Origin: an uncultured delta proteobacterium
GTDB lineage: Bacteria > Desulfobacterota > Desulfobacteria > Desulfobacterales > Desulfosalsimonadaceae
Assembly: GCA_963826785.1 (NCBI GenBank)
Contig: CAWGYD010000001.1
Span: 320,001 to 384,000, forward strand
Length of the DNA stretch: 64,000 nt
Reading direction: 5' to 3'
Shown: positions 18,954 to 29,815 of the stretch, one piece after another
Layout of the letters: each line of letters begins with the position of its first letter
How positions within the stretch are numbered: position 1 is the first letter of the stretch
Position numbers and translations under genes: made by a program
The notes under the pieces: generated by a model
Database searches by the model: none
Seen by the model: the letters and a program-made list of their open reading frames with translations, nothing else
Told to the model about the DNA's origin: nothing

Positions 18954-19904
18954 ATGACACCACAAGCCAACGCAAACGTTGAAGCATTTAAAATCCGGGG
19001 CCGCGGTTTTGCCGGCGGCGGCGGAAAAGGCGTTCAGATGAAGAAATTTGCGCCCTACACCGACTTTGTTTTAAAGCATCTGGTGGGGCAGGGGGAGATC
19101 ATCAATCCGGAGGCCCTGCTCCCCACCGACGGCCGGCCGGTGGTGGCGGTGGTTTCCCATGGCCCCGGCGCCGCGTGGATTCCCCTGGTGGCACTGGTGG
19201 GGAAATATTTCATCGACAACGGCTTCGGCGATATCGTCGGCGGCATGTACCCGCACAAGGCCCTGTTTCTGATCCCCGGCTTGAAAGACTACTACCGGCG
19301 GGTGCTGGGGACCCCCACCGACGTCCAGACGGTCGATGATGTGGCCGCCCTGTTGAAAAACAGGGAAATCGGGCTGACCGGCACCGCGCCCGAAGGGGCC
19401 AACTGCCTGCTCTCCTTTAGCGATTACGTGGCCCCGTTTCGTTCCAAAGGGATGATTGCGGCCGCCATCAAGGCGGATGCCGCCGTCTGCCTGATGGCCC
19501 ACCAGGGCGCGGAATCGTGGAACATCCGGATCAATCTGCCCCTGGGCCTGAGTATCCCCCGGACAAACGGGCTGCGGGGGATTAACATTACCCTGCCGCC
19601 ATATCGCAAAATTAATCATTATATGGTGATGTGCAGAAGGTATCAACCCTCCATTTCATCGGCGGACCTCGCCGCGTGTTCAAAGGATGCCGCCCGGCAT
19701 CTCATCGGCATGGAAATCGAAACCATGCGCAGGCAGATGAACGCCATGACCGATGAATTAAAAGTCATGATGACCGGCAAAACGGTTGAGGAAACACGGC
19801 AGAGAAGGCAATCCGCCCGCCTGCGGCGGCAGGAGAAAAAGGCCATGATCGCCGCCGCGCTGTTTCCGGATGATGAAGCATACCTGATGCCAGTTCACCA
19901 CTAA
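18954..19904 (+). CDS. Divergent lysophospholipid acyltransferase-like protein
   Basis: RBS AAGGAG, VVSH motif, APEG motif and F..GMI.AAI. Fold assignment is tentative. Confidence 0.55.
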   Translation: MTPQANANVEAFKIRGRGFAGGGGKGVQMKKFAPYTDFVLKHLVGQGEIINPEALLPTDGRPVVAVVSHGPGAAWIPLVALVGKYFIDNGFGDIVGGMYPHKALFLIPGLKDYYRRVLGTPTDVQTVDDVAALLKNREIGLTGTAPEGANCLLSFSDYVAPFRSKGMIAAAIKADAAVCLMAHQGAESWNIRINLPLGLSIPRTNGLRGINITLPPYRKINHYMVMCRRYQPSISSADLAACSKDAARHLIGMEIETMRRQMNAMTDELKVMMTGKTVEETRQRRQSARLRRQEKKAMIAAALFPDDEAYLMPVHH

Positions 19905-19932
19905 ATTGTTGAGATGAAAAGGAGTTTTGTCA

Positions 19933-20908
19933 ATGAACGTATCGCCGCCAACCATGGTTGAATCCGGCCAGCATCTTTTCAACGGCGCCCTGATGGGCAT
20001 GGCCGCCCCTCTGCGCAAATTCGTTTACCCGGAAGTCGGGATTTCGAAAACCGCATCCGACCGCCTGGCCGAAGGCATCAGCGATGTGATCGGCCACCGG
20101 ACCGAGGAATGGACGGTGGCGCCCCAAAATAAAGCGGCCATGGAGCGGCAGATGATGGTGTGGGATATCCTTCTGGACTATTATTTCCGCTCCGAGACCA
20201 CCGGGTGGGAGCGCCTGCCGGCGCGACCCGTCCATGCTCGTCGGCATCCATTCCGGCACCTGGCTGACCATGGACGCCTGGACCCTGTGCGCGGAATGGT
20301 ACCGGCATTTCAAGGAAAAGCGCATCCTTCACGGCACCGCCCATGATGTGCTGATGGCCCTGCCGGTGCTCGGGAGCTATTTCCGCAATGTGGGGGTGAT
20401 CCCGGCCAAACGCGAAGCCGTGGGCGCAGCGTTTGCGGCCGGCCACGACGTGGTCATCTGGCCGGGCGGGGAGGTGGATGCCATGCGCTCCTGGAAAAAG
20501 CGCGATACGGTCGTGCTGGGCGGCCGCAAGGGGTTTATCCGCCAGGCGATCCGATCCGGCGTGCCCATCGTGCCGGTGGCCACCATCGGCGGGCATGACA
20601 CGGTCTTTGTACTGTCCGAATGCCGCAAACTGGCTAAAATGCTTCGCCTGAAAAAATTGCTGAGATGCGATATCGCCCCCCTGGTTTTGGGTTTTCCGTT
20701 CGGCCTGACCCTCGAAGCCTTTCCCATGCACATTCCGCTGCCGGCCAAGATCCGCACCGAAATTCTCGATCCCGTGGACATCGACGATGACCCGGACCGG
20801 GCCAATGACGGCAGATACGTGGACGGCAAATACAGGGAAATCGAAGACCGCATCCAGGACGGGGTCAACCGCCTGGCCAAAAAGCGGCGGGGTTGGGTGT
20901 TCAGATAA
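19933..20908 (+). CDS. Lysophospholipid/DGAT2-like acyltransferase (apparent frameshift near 20228)
   Basis: Removing an extra C in CGACCCGTCC joins YFRSETTGWERLP to MLVGIHSGTWLTMD, WPGGEVD, GRKGFIRQAIRSGVPIVPVA and PLPAK. Confidence 0.85.
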
Positions 20909-21028
20909 GGGTCTTCATCCACTGTGGACAAACACCACGATCATAAATCAGATTTGAAATCGTTTAAAATTCTGATAACAACAAGATTTATCATAAAGAG
21001 ATTGTGAAATATTTCGGGGAGAAAACAG

Positions 21029-21700
21029 ATGGCTTCTCGCAATGAAGCAAAACAGCAGAAAGAAAAGACCAGCCAGACCCTGATCGAGTCGGCCCTGGAA
21101 CTCTGTGCGGAAGAAGGCTACGCCAGTTTAAGCCTGCGGTCGGTGGCCCGGAAAGCCGGCATCGCGCCCACCTCTTTTTACCGGCATTTCCGTGAAATCG
21201 ATGAGATGGGCGTGGCCATGGTAGATCAGGCAAAAGCGGTTTTAGCGGATTGGCTCGCCGGGGCGGGGAAAAAAATGACTATTGCGGCAACCAAACCCGG
21301 GGATGCCCCTGAAAAAATGCTTTCCGCTGTCGAGCACCTGACCCGCCCTTTTGTTAAGACGTTCACGGACTGTTTTTGCGCCAACTTTCGTCTGCTCCAC
21401 CTGTTTTTCCAGGAGCGCACCGGATGCGCCGACCCCCTTCGCGCCGCCATAACCGATGCCATAGACGACTTGATCCGCAAACTGGCCGAAATTCTGAAAC
21501 AGCCCGGCAGCCCATTTGCCGGCCAAAGCAAAAAAGCGGCCATGATCGCCCAGACCCTGATCACCATTGTCAGCCGCGATGTCATGGAAAGCGCCTCACC
21601 GTCAGACGCTTCACCCGATTTCGACACGGAGTCGACCATCGTCAAATCAAACCTCCTGTTGCTGGGGGCGCTCATTCACAAACAGATCAAACAGGAGTAG
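21029..21700 (+). CDS. fabR: TetR-family regulator, FabR-like
   Basis: QQKEKT...ASLSLRSVARKAGIAPTSFYRHF...MVD closely resembles the FabR N-terminal HTH. Confidence 0.75.
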   Translation: MASRNEAKQQKEKTSQTLIESALELCAEEGYASLSLRSVARKAGIAPTSFYRHFREIDEMGVAMVDQAKAVLADWLAGAGKKMTIAATKPGDAPEKMLSAVEHLTRPFVKTFTDCFCANFRLLHLFFQERTGCADPLRAAITDAIDDLIRKLAEILKQPGSPFAGQSKKAAMIAQTLITIVSRDVMESASPSDASPDFDTESTIVKSNLLLLGALIHKQIKQE

Positions 21701-21702
21701 CC

Positions 21703-22845
21703 ATGGAAGCGATGAGATTGGACAAGGCGATCAAGATTTTACTGGAAGCCCATGTGCAGCATGAACTGGGCCGCTTCAAATCCGGAAAGTACCGGCAGAC
21801 GATCCGGGAGGAAACAGCGGCAATGTTTCGCTGGATCAAAAAAATTAAACTTTTGGAAATCATCACCCCCGAACAGGTGATCGGTCTGATCGACAGAAAC
21901 GTGGTTCAAATGCCCGTGGCCGGGGGGATCACCGAACTGGCCGGTGAAATGAGCCAGCGGGTCCTGGCCTCCCCGCAGAATCAAGACACCGCCCTGGAAG
22001 ACATTTTCCCCCGCAAGCCCTATGATGACATTGTGGACAAGATCGGCGGCCTGGACCGCGCCAGAAAAGATCTCATCGGGCGGCTGGTCAACAGTTCCGT
22101 TTACGCCCAGCAGATCTCAGAGGTGCTGTTTACCGGGATCAAGGAATACCTGCTGGCTGAAAACATTTTCGCCCAGAAGGTGCCCGGCGTGGCATCGCTG
22201 ATCAGGCTGGGCAAATTTGCCGTCAGCAAGACCCTGCATCCCCTGGAGGTCGCGGTGGAAAAAACCGTCAAGACCTACATCGAAAACAATCTCGGCAACA
22301 CCATCCGCCGAAGCGAAACCTCTTTAAACGCCTATTTCGACGAACCCCATATCATCGAAATGGGCGATGAAATCTGGGAATCGATTTCAGACACCCGGTT
22401 ATCGGAATACTTCAAGATGTTAAACGCCGATGACATGGAGGATTTTATCATCATCGGGCATGATTTCTGGCTTCATTTCCGCAAAACGCCATATTTTAAG
22501 GGTATTTATACCGACCTGGTGCATTTTTTCTTTGAAAAATACGGTGACCGGGAACTCGATCTCATTGCCGAGGATGTGGGGGTGACTGAAGAAATGGTGG
22601 TCAACGAACTGACCCAGACCCTGTCCCACGGCATTGAAAAGGCGCTTTCCAGCGGGTACCTGGAAGAGCGCATCCGGGCCCGGCTGGAAGATTTTTACCT
22701 GTCGTCCCGGACCGCGGCCCTGCTGGGTTCTCTGACGGGGCCGCCCGAGGCTGCCGAAACGCTCCCCCCGCAAAGCGTTTCCGCGCTGCCGGCGCAAGGC
22801 AAAAAGAAAAAAGGCACCGGCAAACCGGCAGTCAAAAAGAACTGA
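21703..22845 (+). CDS. Hypothetical alpha-helical protein
   Basis: ATG 3 nt after the fabR stop with RBS AGGAG; 380 aa open frame; no recognisable motif. Confidence 0.8.
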   Translation: MEAMRLDKAIKILLEAHVQHELGRFKSGKYRQTIREETAAMFRWIKKIKLLEIITPEQVIGLIDRNVVQMPVAGGITELAGEMSQRVLASPQNQDTALEDIFPRKPYDDIVDKIGGLDRARKDLIGRLVNSSVYAQQISEVLFTGIKEYLLAENIFAQKVPGVASLIRLGKFAVSKTLHPLEVAVEKTVKTYIENNLGNTIRRSETSLNAYFDEPHIIEMGDEIWESISDTRLSEYFKMLNADDMEDFIIIGHDFWLHFRKTPYFKGIYTDLVHFFFEKYGDRELDLIAEDVGVTEEMVVNELTQTLSHGIEKALSSGYLEERIRARLEDFYLSSRTAALLGSLTGPPEAAETLPPQSVSALPAQGKKKKGTGKPAVKKN

Positions 22846-22885
22846 AAACGTTTTCAAAGAAGTTTTAGCTGAGTGGTTTAAAGGG

Positions 22886-23798
22886 TCAGGCGGCCATATC
22901 CGTATCCAGCTTTTTTTTGACCGCGGCGATTTTGGCGGTCAGGTTGAGAAGATAGGCGGGTTCGGGCTGCTTGGGCTCGGGTTGGGGGTCGTATTCCTTC
23001 TGTTTTACCCGTTCTACTGTTTTTTCCATATCCCCTTTTTCTTCTTTGAGGCATTGCCGGATCAGGTCAAAAAATATTTCCGCCTGCCCCAGGGACCGGT
23101 CGGGGAGAATCTGCGCGTCGCGGCCGGAAAAGACTTTGTAGTGGCCCAGGCAGATGATGTTGGCATCCAATTGACGAAGCTTTTGTATGGAGTGGATGTA
23201 ATCGTCATAGTCATAGAGCCATTCCGAATAGATATACCCGGTCTGGTCGACAATGCCCAGCGATTCGCCCGGAAACAGGATCCCGGATTCGGCGAATAAA
23301 ATAGCTCAGGCAGTCCCGGGTATGGCCCGGGGTTTCGATGATCCGAACGGTCAGATCGCCGGACAGGGCGATTTGGTCGCCTTCTTCGGCAATGATATCC
23401 ACCTCGAAGGGCTCAAAGGCGATGCTCCCGGCCTCTGGCTGCAACGGGTCCGAGGCTGCCGAGAGAAAACCGTTTAAACGGGTGATCACGTCGATGACCC
23501 GGGGACGTTTGAAATTTTGCCGGGCGATAGGGGAGGCGACGACTTTGAGGCCCGGAAAGGCATCCTTCAGCTGGGCCACGCTTCCGCAGTGGTCGTAGTG
23601 GGAATGGGTGAGAAACAGGTAGCGCGGCGGCCTGCCTTGTAAAATCCGCTGGATGTCCCGTATATAAGCGGGGCCGAAAACCGTTGCCCCGGCGTCAAAC
23701 AGGGCCGGTTCCGGCGCATCCAGCAGGAACGCGGGCGCTTCCGGCTGGCCGAGCAGGTAAAGATTGTCTTTGATTATACCGTTTTGCTGAAAATTCAT
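22886..23798 (-). CDS. MBL-fold metallo-hydrolase (apparent frameshift near 23295)
   Basis: THSHYDHCGS and TPGHTRD. Removing one base continues AESGILFPGESLG...ICLGH to the stop at 22886. Confidence 0.85.
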
Positions 23799-23930
23799 TT
23801 ATTAATCACATTCTCTTCGATGGCTGCTTTACATTTTACAGGAATCCGGAAATCTCATGTTGGCTCGAAAAGCCATTTTGCGCGGGCACAAGGGGATCCT
23901 TTACGCGTGGATGTGTGGTTGAAATGCCCG

Positions 23931-24386
23931 TCACCATGCTTCGGGGTATCCGATGTCCACAAAGGCGTTTTCCATTTTGAGTTTGTGCCGGCGCTCCATG
24001 GCGGCCAAATCCAGAAAAATCCGCTTCTGTTCCGGGTCGGTGCACCCGTCGGCCAGGCGGGTGTAGCGATCCATGGCCTCGGCCTCCTTTTTCATGGCCA
24101 GCGCAAACGCATCGGCCGGACTCATGTCCGCGGACACCTCGGGGCGGGCCACCGTTTCGGCCACATGGTAGTCCCGGGTTTCCTCGAAAGGGAGGGTATC
24201 GGAAACGGTGGACAGGAAGCCGCTGAGAATTTTTTCATGGTTTTTTTCCTCCGCGGCAAATTCCGTAAACATCTCTTGTAAAAAGGCATCCTGCATCCGT
24301 CCGGCCGCATCCCGGTAAAACTGCTGGGATTCGATTTCGCCTTGAATGGCATCGGCTATGATTTTTTCATATTCCAAACGATCCAT
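23931..24386 (-). CDS. Ferritin-like / rubrerythrin-family protein
   Basis: Two E...FY/Y and EExH diiron repeats (EEKNH, MERRH). Confidence 0.9.
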   Translation of the reverse strand: MDRLEYEKIIADAIQGEIESQQFYRDAAGRMQDAFLQEMFTEFAAEEKNHEKILSGFLSTVSDTLPFEETRDYHVAETVARPEVSADMSPADAFALAMKKEAEAMDRYTRLADGCTDPEQKRIFLDLAAMERRHKLKMENAFVDIGYPEAW

Positions 24387-24593
24387 CAGCTGTCTCCTTT
24401 TCTGATCGTGAACTGCAATCGCCTAATGTATAGAGGGCGCGCGTCCGGGTGTCAATTTTTAATCCGCATGCGTCCGGACGCGTTTTAAACCTTCCGGCCG
24501 ACCTTATTCGGAAACGGTTATTGAAATTATGAGCGGATCATGTAAAATACAGGGTATTTTTCGGCACTAAACCCCTTCAAGAGGAAACGGCGC

Positions 24594-25424
24594 ATGGCTG
24601 AGGAAACGAAAATCATCGATGCGTGGCTGCAGCACCCCACCCTGGCGTTTATCAATCATCCCATTTTTGCGTCCCTGCGCCGATGGATGGGCGTGGACCG
24701 TCTCACCGAGGAAATTCCTGTGGAAATGACGCTTGCGGCCATGGATGAGGCGGGAATTGAAACCGCGCTGGCCAGCGCCTGGTATGGTCCGAACGGCCCG
24801 ATGATTCCAAACGAGGCGGTGGCGGACCTCATAGAGAAGCATCCCCATCGATTTGCGGGGATCGCCTCCGTGAACCTGTATACCCCCATGCCCGCCATCC
24901 GCGAACTGCGCCGGTGGGTCAATGACTACGGCTTCAAAGGGCTGCGGATCCTGCAGTGGCTGTGGAATCTGCCCGCCACCGACCGCCGGTATGCCCCGCT
25001 GTTTGCCGAATGCGTCCAACTGGATATTCCGGTCTGCTTCCAGGTGGGGCACACCGGACCCCTGTGCCCCTCGGAGCCGGGCCGGCCCATCCCCTACATC
25101 GACGAGGTGGCCATCGATTTTCCCGAACTGAAAATCGTGTGCGGCCATATCGGGTATCCCTGGACCACGGAGATGATCGCCGTGGCCACCAAGCACGCAA
25201 ACGTCTTTATCGACACATCCGCCTATACGGCCAAACGCTATCCCGCCGAACTGGTGGCATACATGAAATCAAACGGCCGCAAAAAGGTGTTGTTCGGTTC
25301 CAACTATCCCATGATCACTCCGGCCAAATGCCTCAGGGATATTGACGATCTGGGACTCGATCCCGAGGTCAAAACGCTCTTTTTATCTGAAAACGCCCGG
25401 CGGGTATACCAGCTCGACAAATAA
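24594..25424 (+). CDS. Amidohydrolase family (amidohydro_2) protein
   Basis: Motifs IIDAW.QH, QVGHTGP, CGHIGYPW, FIDTSAY and LFGSNYP. Confidence 0.9.
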   Translation: MAEETKIIDAWLQHPTLAFINHPIFASLRRWMGVDRLTEEIPVEMTLAAMDEAGIETALASAWYGPNGPMIPNEAVADLIEKHPHRFAGIASVNLYTPMPAIRELRRWVNDYGFKGLRILQWLWNLPATDRRYAPLFAECVQLDIPVCFQVGHTGPLCPSEPGRPIPYIDEVAIDFPELKIVCGHIGYPWTTEMIAVATKHANVFIDTSAYTAKRYPAELVAYMKSNGRKKVLFGSNYPMITPAKCLRDIDDLGLDPEVKTLFLSENARRVYQLDK

Positions 25425-25594
25425 CTGTTTTATCGGTCAAATCCTTATCTTAAATGAATCCCGGTGGCCGTATCAAATGCCACCTGATCCCGGTTGCAAT
25501 CTTTACAGCCGGATGATAAGGCAGATCCATTAACCACTTCAGAAAATCATTTTTCAGCCCTCTGTCGACCCTCTTTTAAGCGCATGGAGTCCAT

Positions 25595-26392
25595 TTGAAA
25601 CCGTTGAACCGCTTTAAAATCCTCGTTTTTCGACGAAGCCGTCCGCTCCTTTGCCGGCCACGGAATATTCTGCCGTGGAGCGCCCTCGCATTGCTCATCG
25701 TCCTGGGGGGCTCCGCCGCCGCCTGCGGCAGCCTGAAAACGACACCTCCAGAACCATCTGATACGCTCATGAATGCCACACTGCCTTCCGATGCGCTCAT
25801 CCGTCGCGATGACCGCGGCATTGTCTATTACGTGAAGGGGGAAAATCTTTCCGGCCCGCTTGAATCAAGCCCCCGATTCCGGAAGCTCCAGTCGGAAAAT
25901 AATCTGGCTGAAATTTCGCTTTTCTTTATTTCAGCCCACCACGATCTGTTTGCCCTCTCCCGGCCGGAAGCGGAACTGACCGTCCTTTCGGCGGTGACCG
26001 ACGACCTCGGCCTCTCCCATGTCAAATTCCAGCAGGTATACAGAAAAATTCCCGTATGGGGATCGGAAATGATCGTTCATCTGGATCGCGAAAACCGGGT
26101 CTACCTGGTCCAGGGCCGGCATATTCCGACGCCGGATGGGATCCGCCTCCAGCCCGATATCACCGCGGCCGATGCTGCGCGGATCGTGGCCAGAGACCTT
26201 GATGCGCACTCCTCAAAATGTCCGATGTGCCGCACCGAGTTGGTCATCTACACCCCGGAAGCGACGGGGCGTCCCTGTCTGGCCTACCGCATTTCCGCGT
26301 CCATGCGTCCGGATGCGGGGTGGATGTATTTCATCGACGCGTCCACCGGTGAAATCCTTGAAAAGCTCTCCACCGTCCGGACGGGCGGATAA
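25595..26392 (+). CDS. Stand-alone thermolysin-type propeptide (FTP + PepSY) lipoprotein
   Basis: Lipobox-like AAAC, DDLGLSHVKFQQVYRKIPVWGSEMIVH (FTP) and LAYRI...YFIDASTGEIL (PepSY). No catalytic domain; start uncertain. Confidence 0.75.
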   Translation: MKPLNRFKILVFRRSRPLLCRPRNILPWSALALLIVLGGSAAACGSLKTTPPEPSDTLMNATLPSDALIRRDDRGIVYYVKGENLSGPLESSPRFRKLQSENNLAEISLFFISAHHDLFALSRPEAELTVLSAVTDDLGLSHVKFQQVYRKIPVWGSEMIVHLDRENRVYLVQGRHIPTPDGIRLQPDITAADAARIVARDLDAHSSKCPMCRTELVIYTPEATGRPCLAYRISASMRPDAGWMYFIDASTGEILEKLSTVRTGG

Positions 26393-26413
26393 TTATCCAA
26401 TCCAGGTTCTTTA

Positions 26414-29400
26414 ATGAAATATTTAAACATGTTTTTCAGCCGGTTTCTGTTTGCCGCGGCCCTGGGCTGCGCGCTGATGTTTGTATTTTCACCAGATGGC
26501 CTCGCCCGGGAAAAAGATCCTGCTTCGGCCATGAAGCTCATCCCTCTTCCCAAAGCCGCATCCATTCCGTCGCCGTCAGTGAAATCCGGTAAAGTTGATG
26601 ATGTGCGGCTCAAAAAGATCAAAGATCGGCTTCAAAATCTGCACCCGGCCGGGCATACGGCGGTTTCCGGCGCCCGTCCGGCCGCCCGGGAAAAAAAGGC
26701 GGACAGGGTCCGGCGGCTTCGAAGGGCCCTGTCCGCCGAAATGCAAATCAAATTGCGGCCGCATTCCCGCACGCCCCGTCAGATCAAGGTCGGATCAATC
26801 GCCCGCCGGGAAGGAAAGGTGCTCCAGCAGGCGGTCTTCGGCAGCGGTTCCCGACGGGAACGGGATGAAAACACCGCCGGCGCTTTTTTAAAATCCCGAA
26901 AAGGCCTGCTGCGGATAAGTGAACCGGAAAAGGAGATGCGTCTTGCGCGATATTTTGAAGATTTCCTGGGGCGGCGGCATGTGCGCTATACCCAACGCTA
27001 TCGCGGACTGCCGGTCTGGCCTGCGGAATTAAATGTTCACCTGGACGCAAGCGGAGATGTGGACCTGGTCAACGGCGCCTATGTTCCCACCCCCCGGCGG
27101 ATGGTGACGGTGCCGGTCTGGTCGGCAGAAGAAGCGCTGGAGAAGGCACGGATTGAAATTGCCGGCGGGGACCTGGCCGAAGCGCCGGGTCCGGAGCTGA
27201 TCATCTATGCGCCGGGGGACCGTTCCCCGCGCCTGGCCTGGAAGACCGAACTCGCCATCTCCCTTGAGGAAAACTGGCTGGTGGTGGTGGATGCCGCCAA
27301 TGGTAAGATCCTGACGGCCTACAACCAGGTGCCCGGCGAACGCGTATCCGGCTCCGGCATCGACCTGTTCGGGGATACCCGGCTCCTGGATGTTTGGAGC
27401 GAAAAAGGGCGCTATTACATGGTCAATACCGCAAAACCGATGTACAACCCGGCCTCCGACCCGTCCGTCATCGATAAAATCGATGGGGGCATCATTATCC
27501 TGGATCTGGAAAACCAGGCGCTTCCCGACTCGGGGAACCTGTATGCCCCCCGGGCCTCTTCCGCGTCTCCCGACGCCGGCTGGGTCCCGGATGCGGTCAG
27601 CCTGGCGTATAACCTGTCTGAAACCTATGACTATTTCCGGAAGCGGCACGGCCGGGATTCCATCAATGCCGAAGGGGGATCGATACTGGGGTTTGTGCGG
27701 GTGGATGAAAATTACAACAATGCCTTCTGGACCAGTGAATATAACGGCGTCTTTTTCGGGGACGCCAACCCCTATGCGGGCGTGCTGGACGTGGTAGCCC
27801 ATGAATGCACCCACGGCGTGACCGCCTATACCTGCAACCTGGTCTACCGGGACCAGCCGGGGGCATTGAATGAAGCCCTGTCCGATATTTTCGGGGAAAT
27901 GGTTGAAGCCTGGTCCACCGGCGCCACCGACTGGCAGAACAGCACGGGCCTGGCCGACCGGCGAAATCTGAGCGACCCGTCCTCCGTGAGTATCCTGCCC
28001 GGATATCCCTATCCCGGGAAAATGAGTGAATTCTACAGCCGAAGCGACCCCCTCCTGCAGCGATTAAAAGACCAGGACTACGGCGGCGTCCACGTCAACA
28101 TGACCATCGTCTCTCATTGTTTCTACCTGCTGGCCGAAGGCATGCCCGGTGCCATCGGCCTGGAAGATGCCGCCAAAATTTTCTACCGGGCCCAGACCGT
28201 CCACCTGGTATCCGGCTCCCAGTTCGTGGACGCCCGGCTGGCCTGCATTGCCTCCGCCGAGGAGCTGTTCGGCTGCCGGTTCGGTTCAGGCGGAAAAAGT
28301 GGCGCAGGCCTTTGATGCGGTGGAAATTTTTGAGGACAGCGCCACTCCGGAACCTGCGCCGTCCAAGCCCGTCAGCGGGCCTGATGCCGCTGTGTTCATC
28401 AGCACGGACCCGGATCGGGCCGGATCATCCTTTCTGGCCCGTTACGAAAGCGCCCGGGGAGATCAACTGCCGGGGGTATGGCTGTCCTGCGACAAGGTGA
28501 TGGCTTCCCGGCCGTCTGTAAGCGGCGACGGCAGCACGCTGTTTTTCGTCGATGCCGTAAATGATGCCTGCTTTATCGATACCAACGGCACCGGATGTGA
28601 AATCCCGCTGGAACTCGACGATCAAATCTATTCCGTGGCCATGTCCCCGGACCAGCAGATCTATGGTTTTGTTTTGATGGAAGATGGAGAGCCTGCCGAT
28701 TCCATTTCCGTAATCGACCTGCGCCCCGGTGGACGAAGCGCGGACCTTTCCCCTGGTGGCACCGGCCACGGAAGGCGCCGTGATCAATTCCGTGGCATAT
28801 GCCGAAGCCATGGATTTCACGTCGGACAACCGCTATCTGATCTACGATGCCTATAACGTGCTCAAGTTCCAGGACGGCAGCAGTATCGGGGTGTGGAGCA
28901 TCTATGCGCTCGACCTGGAAACAGAGCAGACCCTCCCCCTGGTGGGCCCGTTTACGGATGCGGATGTGGGCTTTCCGTCTTTGAGCCAGACTTCCGATCA
29001 TCTGATCACCTTTGATCTGGTGGATGCGGAAACCGGCCGGACGGAAATCATCGCGGAAAACCTGATCACCGGCGATTTTCAAATCGTAGATACGGTGTCC
29101 GACGCCTGGACGGCCCCCGTTTATACCGGAGATGACCGCGCCATCGTCTTTTCCCGGTCGGATTCAACCACACCCACCGGTTATTCCCTGGTGCGGCAAC
29201 CCCTGAACGAAGACCGGATCACGCCGGATGGGGCGCCCGATATCTGGATTTCCGATGCCAATTACGGGGTGGTCTACCGCAGGGGCGAATTCGCTTCGCC
29301 AAAACCCGACATCACCCTGTCCGCCGATCATCTTTTTTTCGGTCAGGCCGTTTTGGGCAAAACCGTCAGCCGGACGCTGAGCATATCGAATGCGGGTACG

Positions 29401-29712
29401 GGCGACCTCATGATCAATGCGGCTTCCTTGTCCGGTGCGGCGCGTCCGGATTTTTCCATCCGGGGCGGATGCGCCGGCCAGAAGCTGCCCGCCTCGGGCG
29501 TCTGCCAGTTCTATGTCGACTTCGTCCCCAGCGCCGCCGGGGCCCGATCCGCCACCCTGACCGTCTCCTCGGATGACCCGGATCAGCCGGCCGTTGCCAT
29601 CGAGCTAACCGGGACCGGCATGGATGCTGATAATGGCACGGTTGGGGACAGCGGAAACGATAAAGGCGGCGGCGGGGGCGGCTGTTTTATCGAATCGGCC
29701 GCTGGGAGATGA
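26414..29712 (+). CDS. Large secreted M4 (thermolysin-family) metalloprotease with propeller-like region, Ig-like domain and GGGGGGCFI tail (two apparent frameshifts, ~28273 and ~28727)
   Basis: Signal peptide, FTP/PepSY, NNAFW, HECTH, GALNEALSD and DYGGVHVN. Frame repair gives ELFGAGSVQAEKVAQAFDAV. C-terminal ISNAGTGDL...SSDDPD...LTGTG and GGGGGGCFIES. Confidence 0.88.
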
Positions 29713-29815
29713 TGGGGCCCGGACGCTTGACGATCAGGATGTTCTGAATACATTAAGGTCAGGCTTGCCCTCCCGATCGGGCGACAAACCGGTATTCAGG
29801 CGTTAGGCTTAAAAA

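Noticed and set aside
21376..21702. N-terminal extension of the 489-aa ORF
   Set aside because: It overlaps fabR out of frame. The real start is the ATG at 21703 with an AGGAG RBS.
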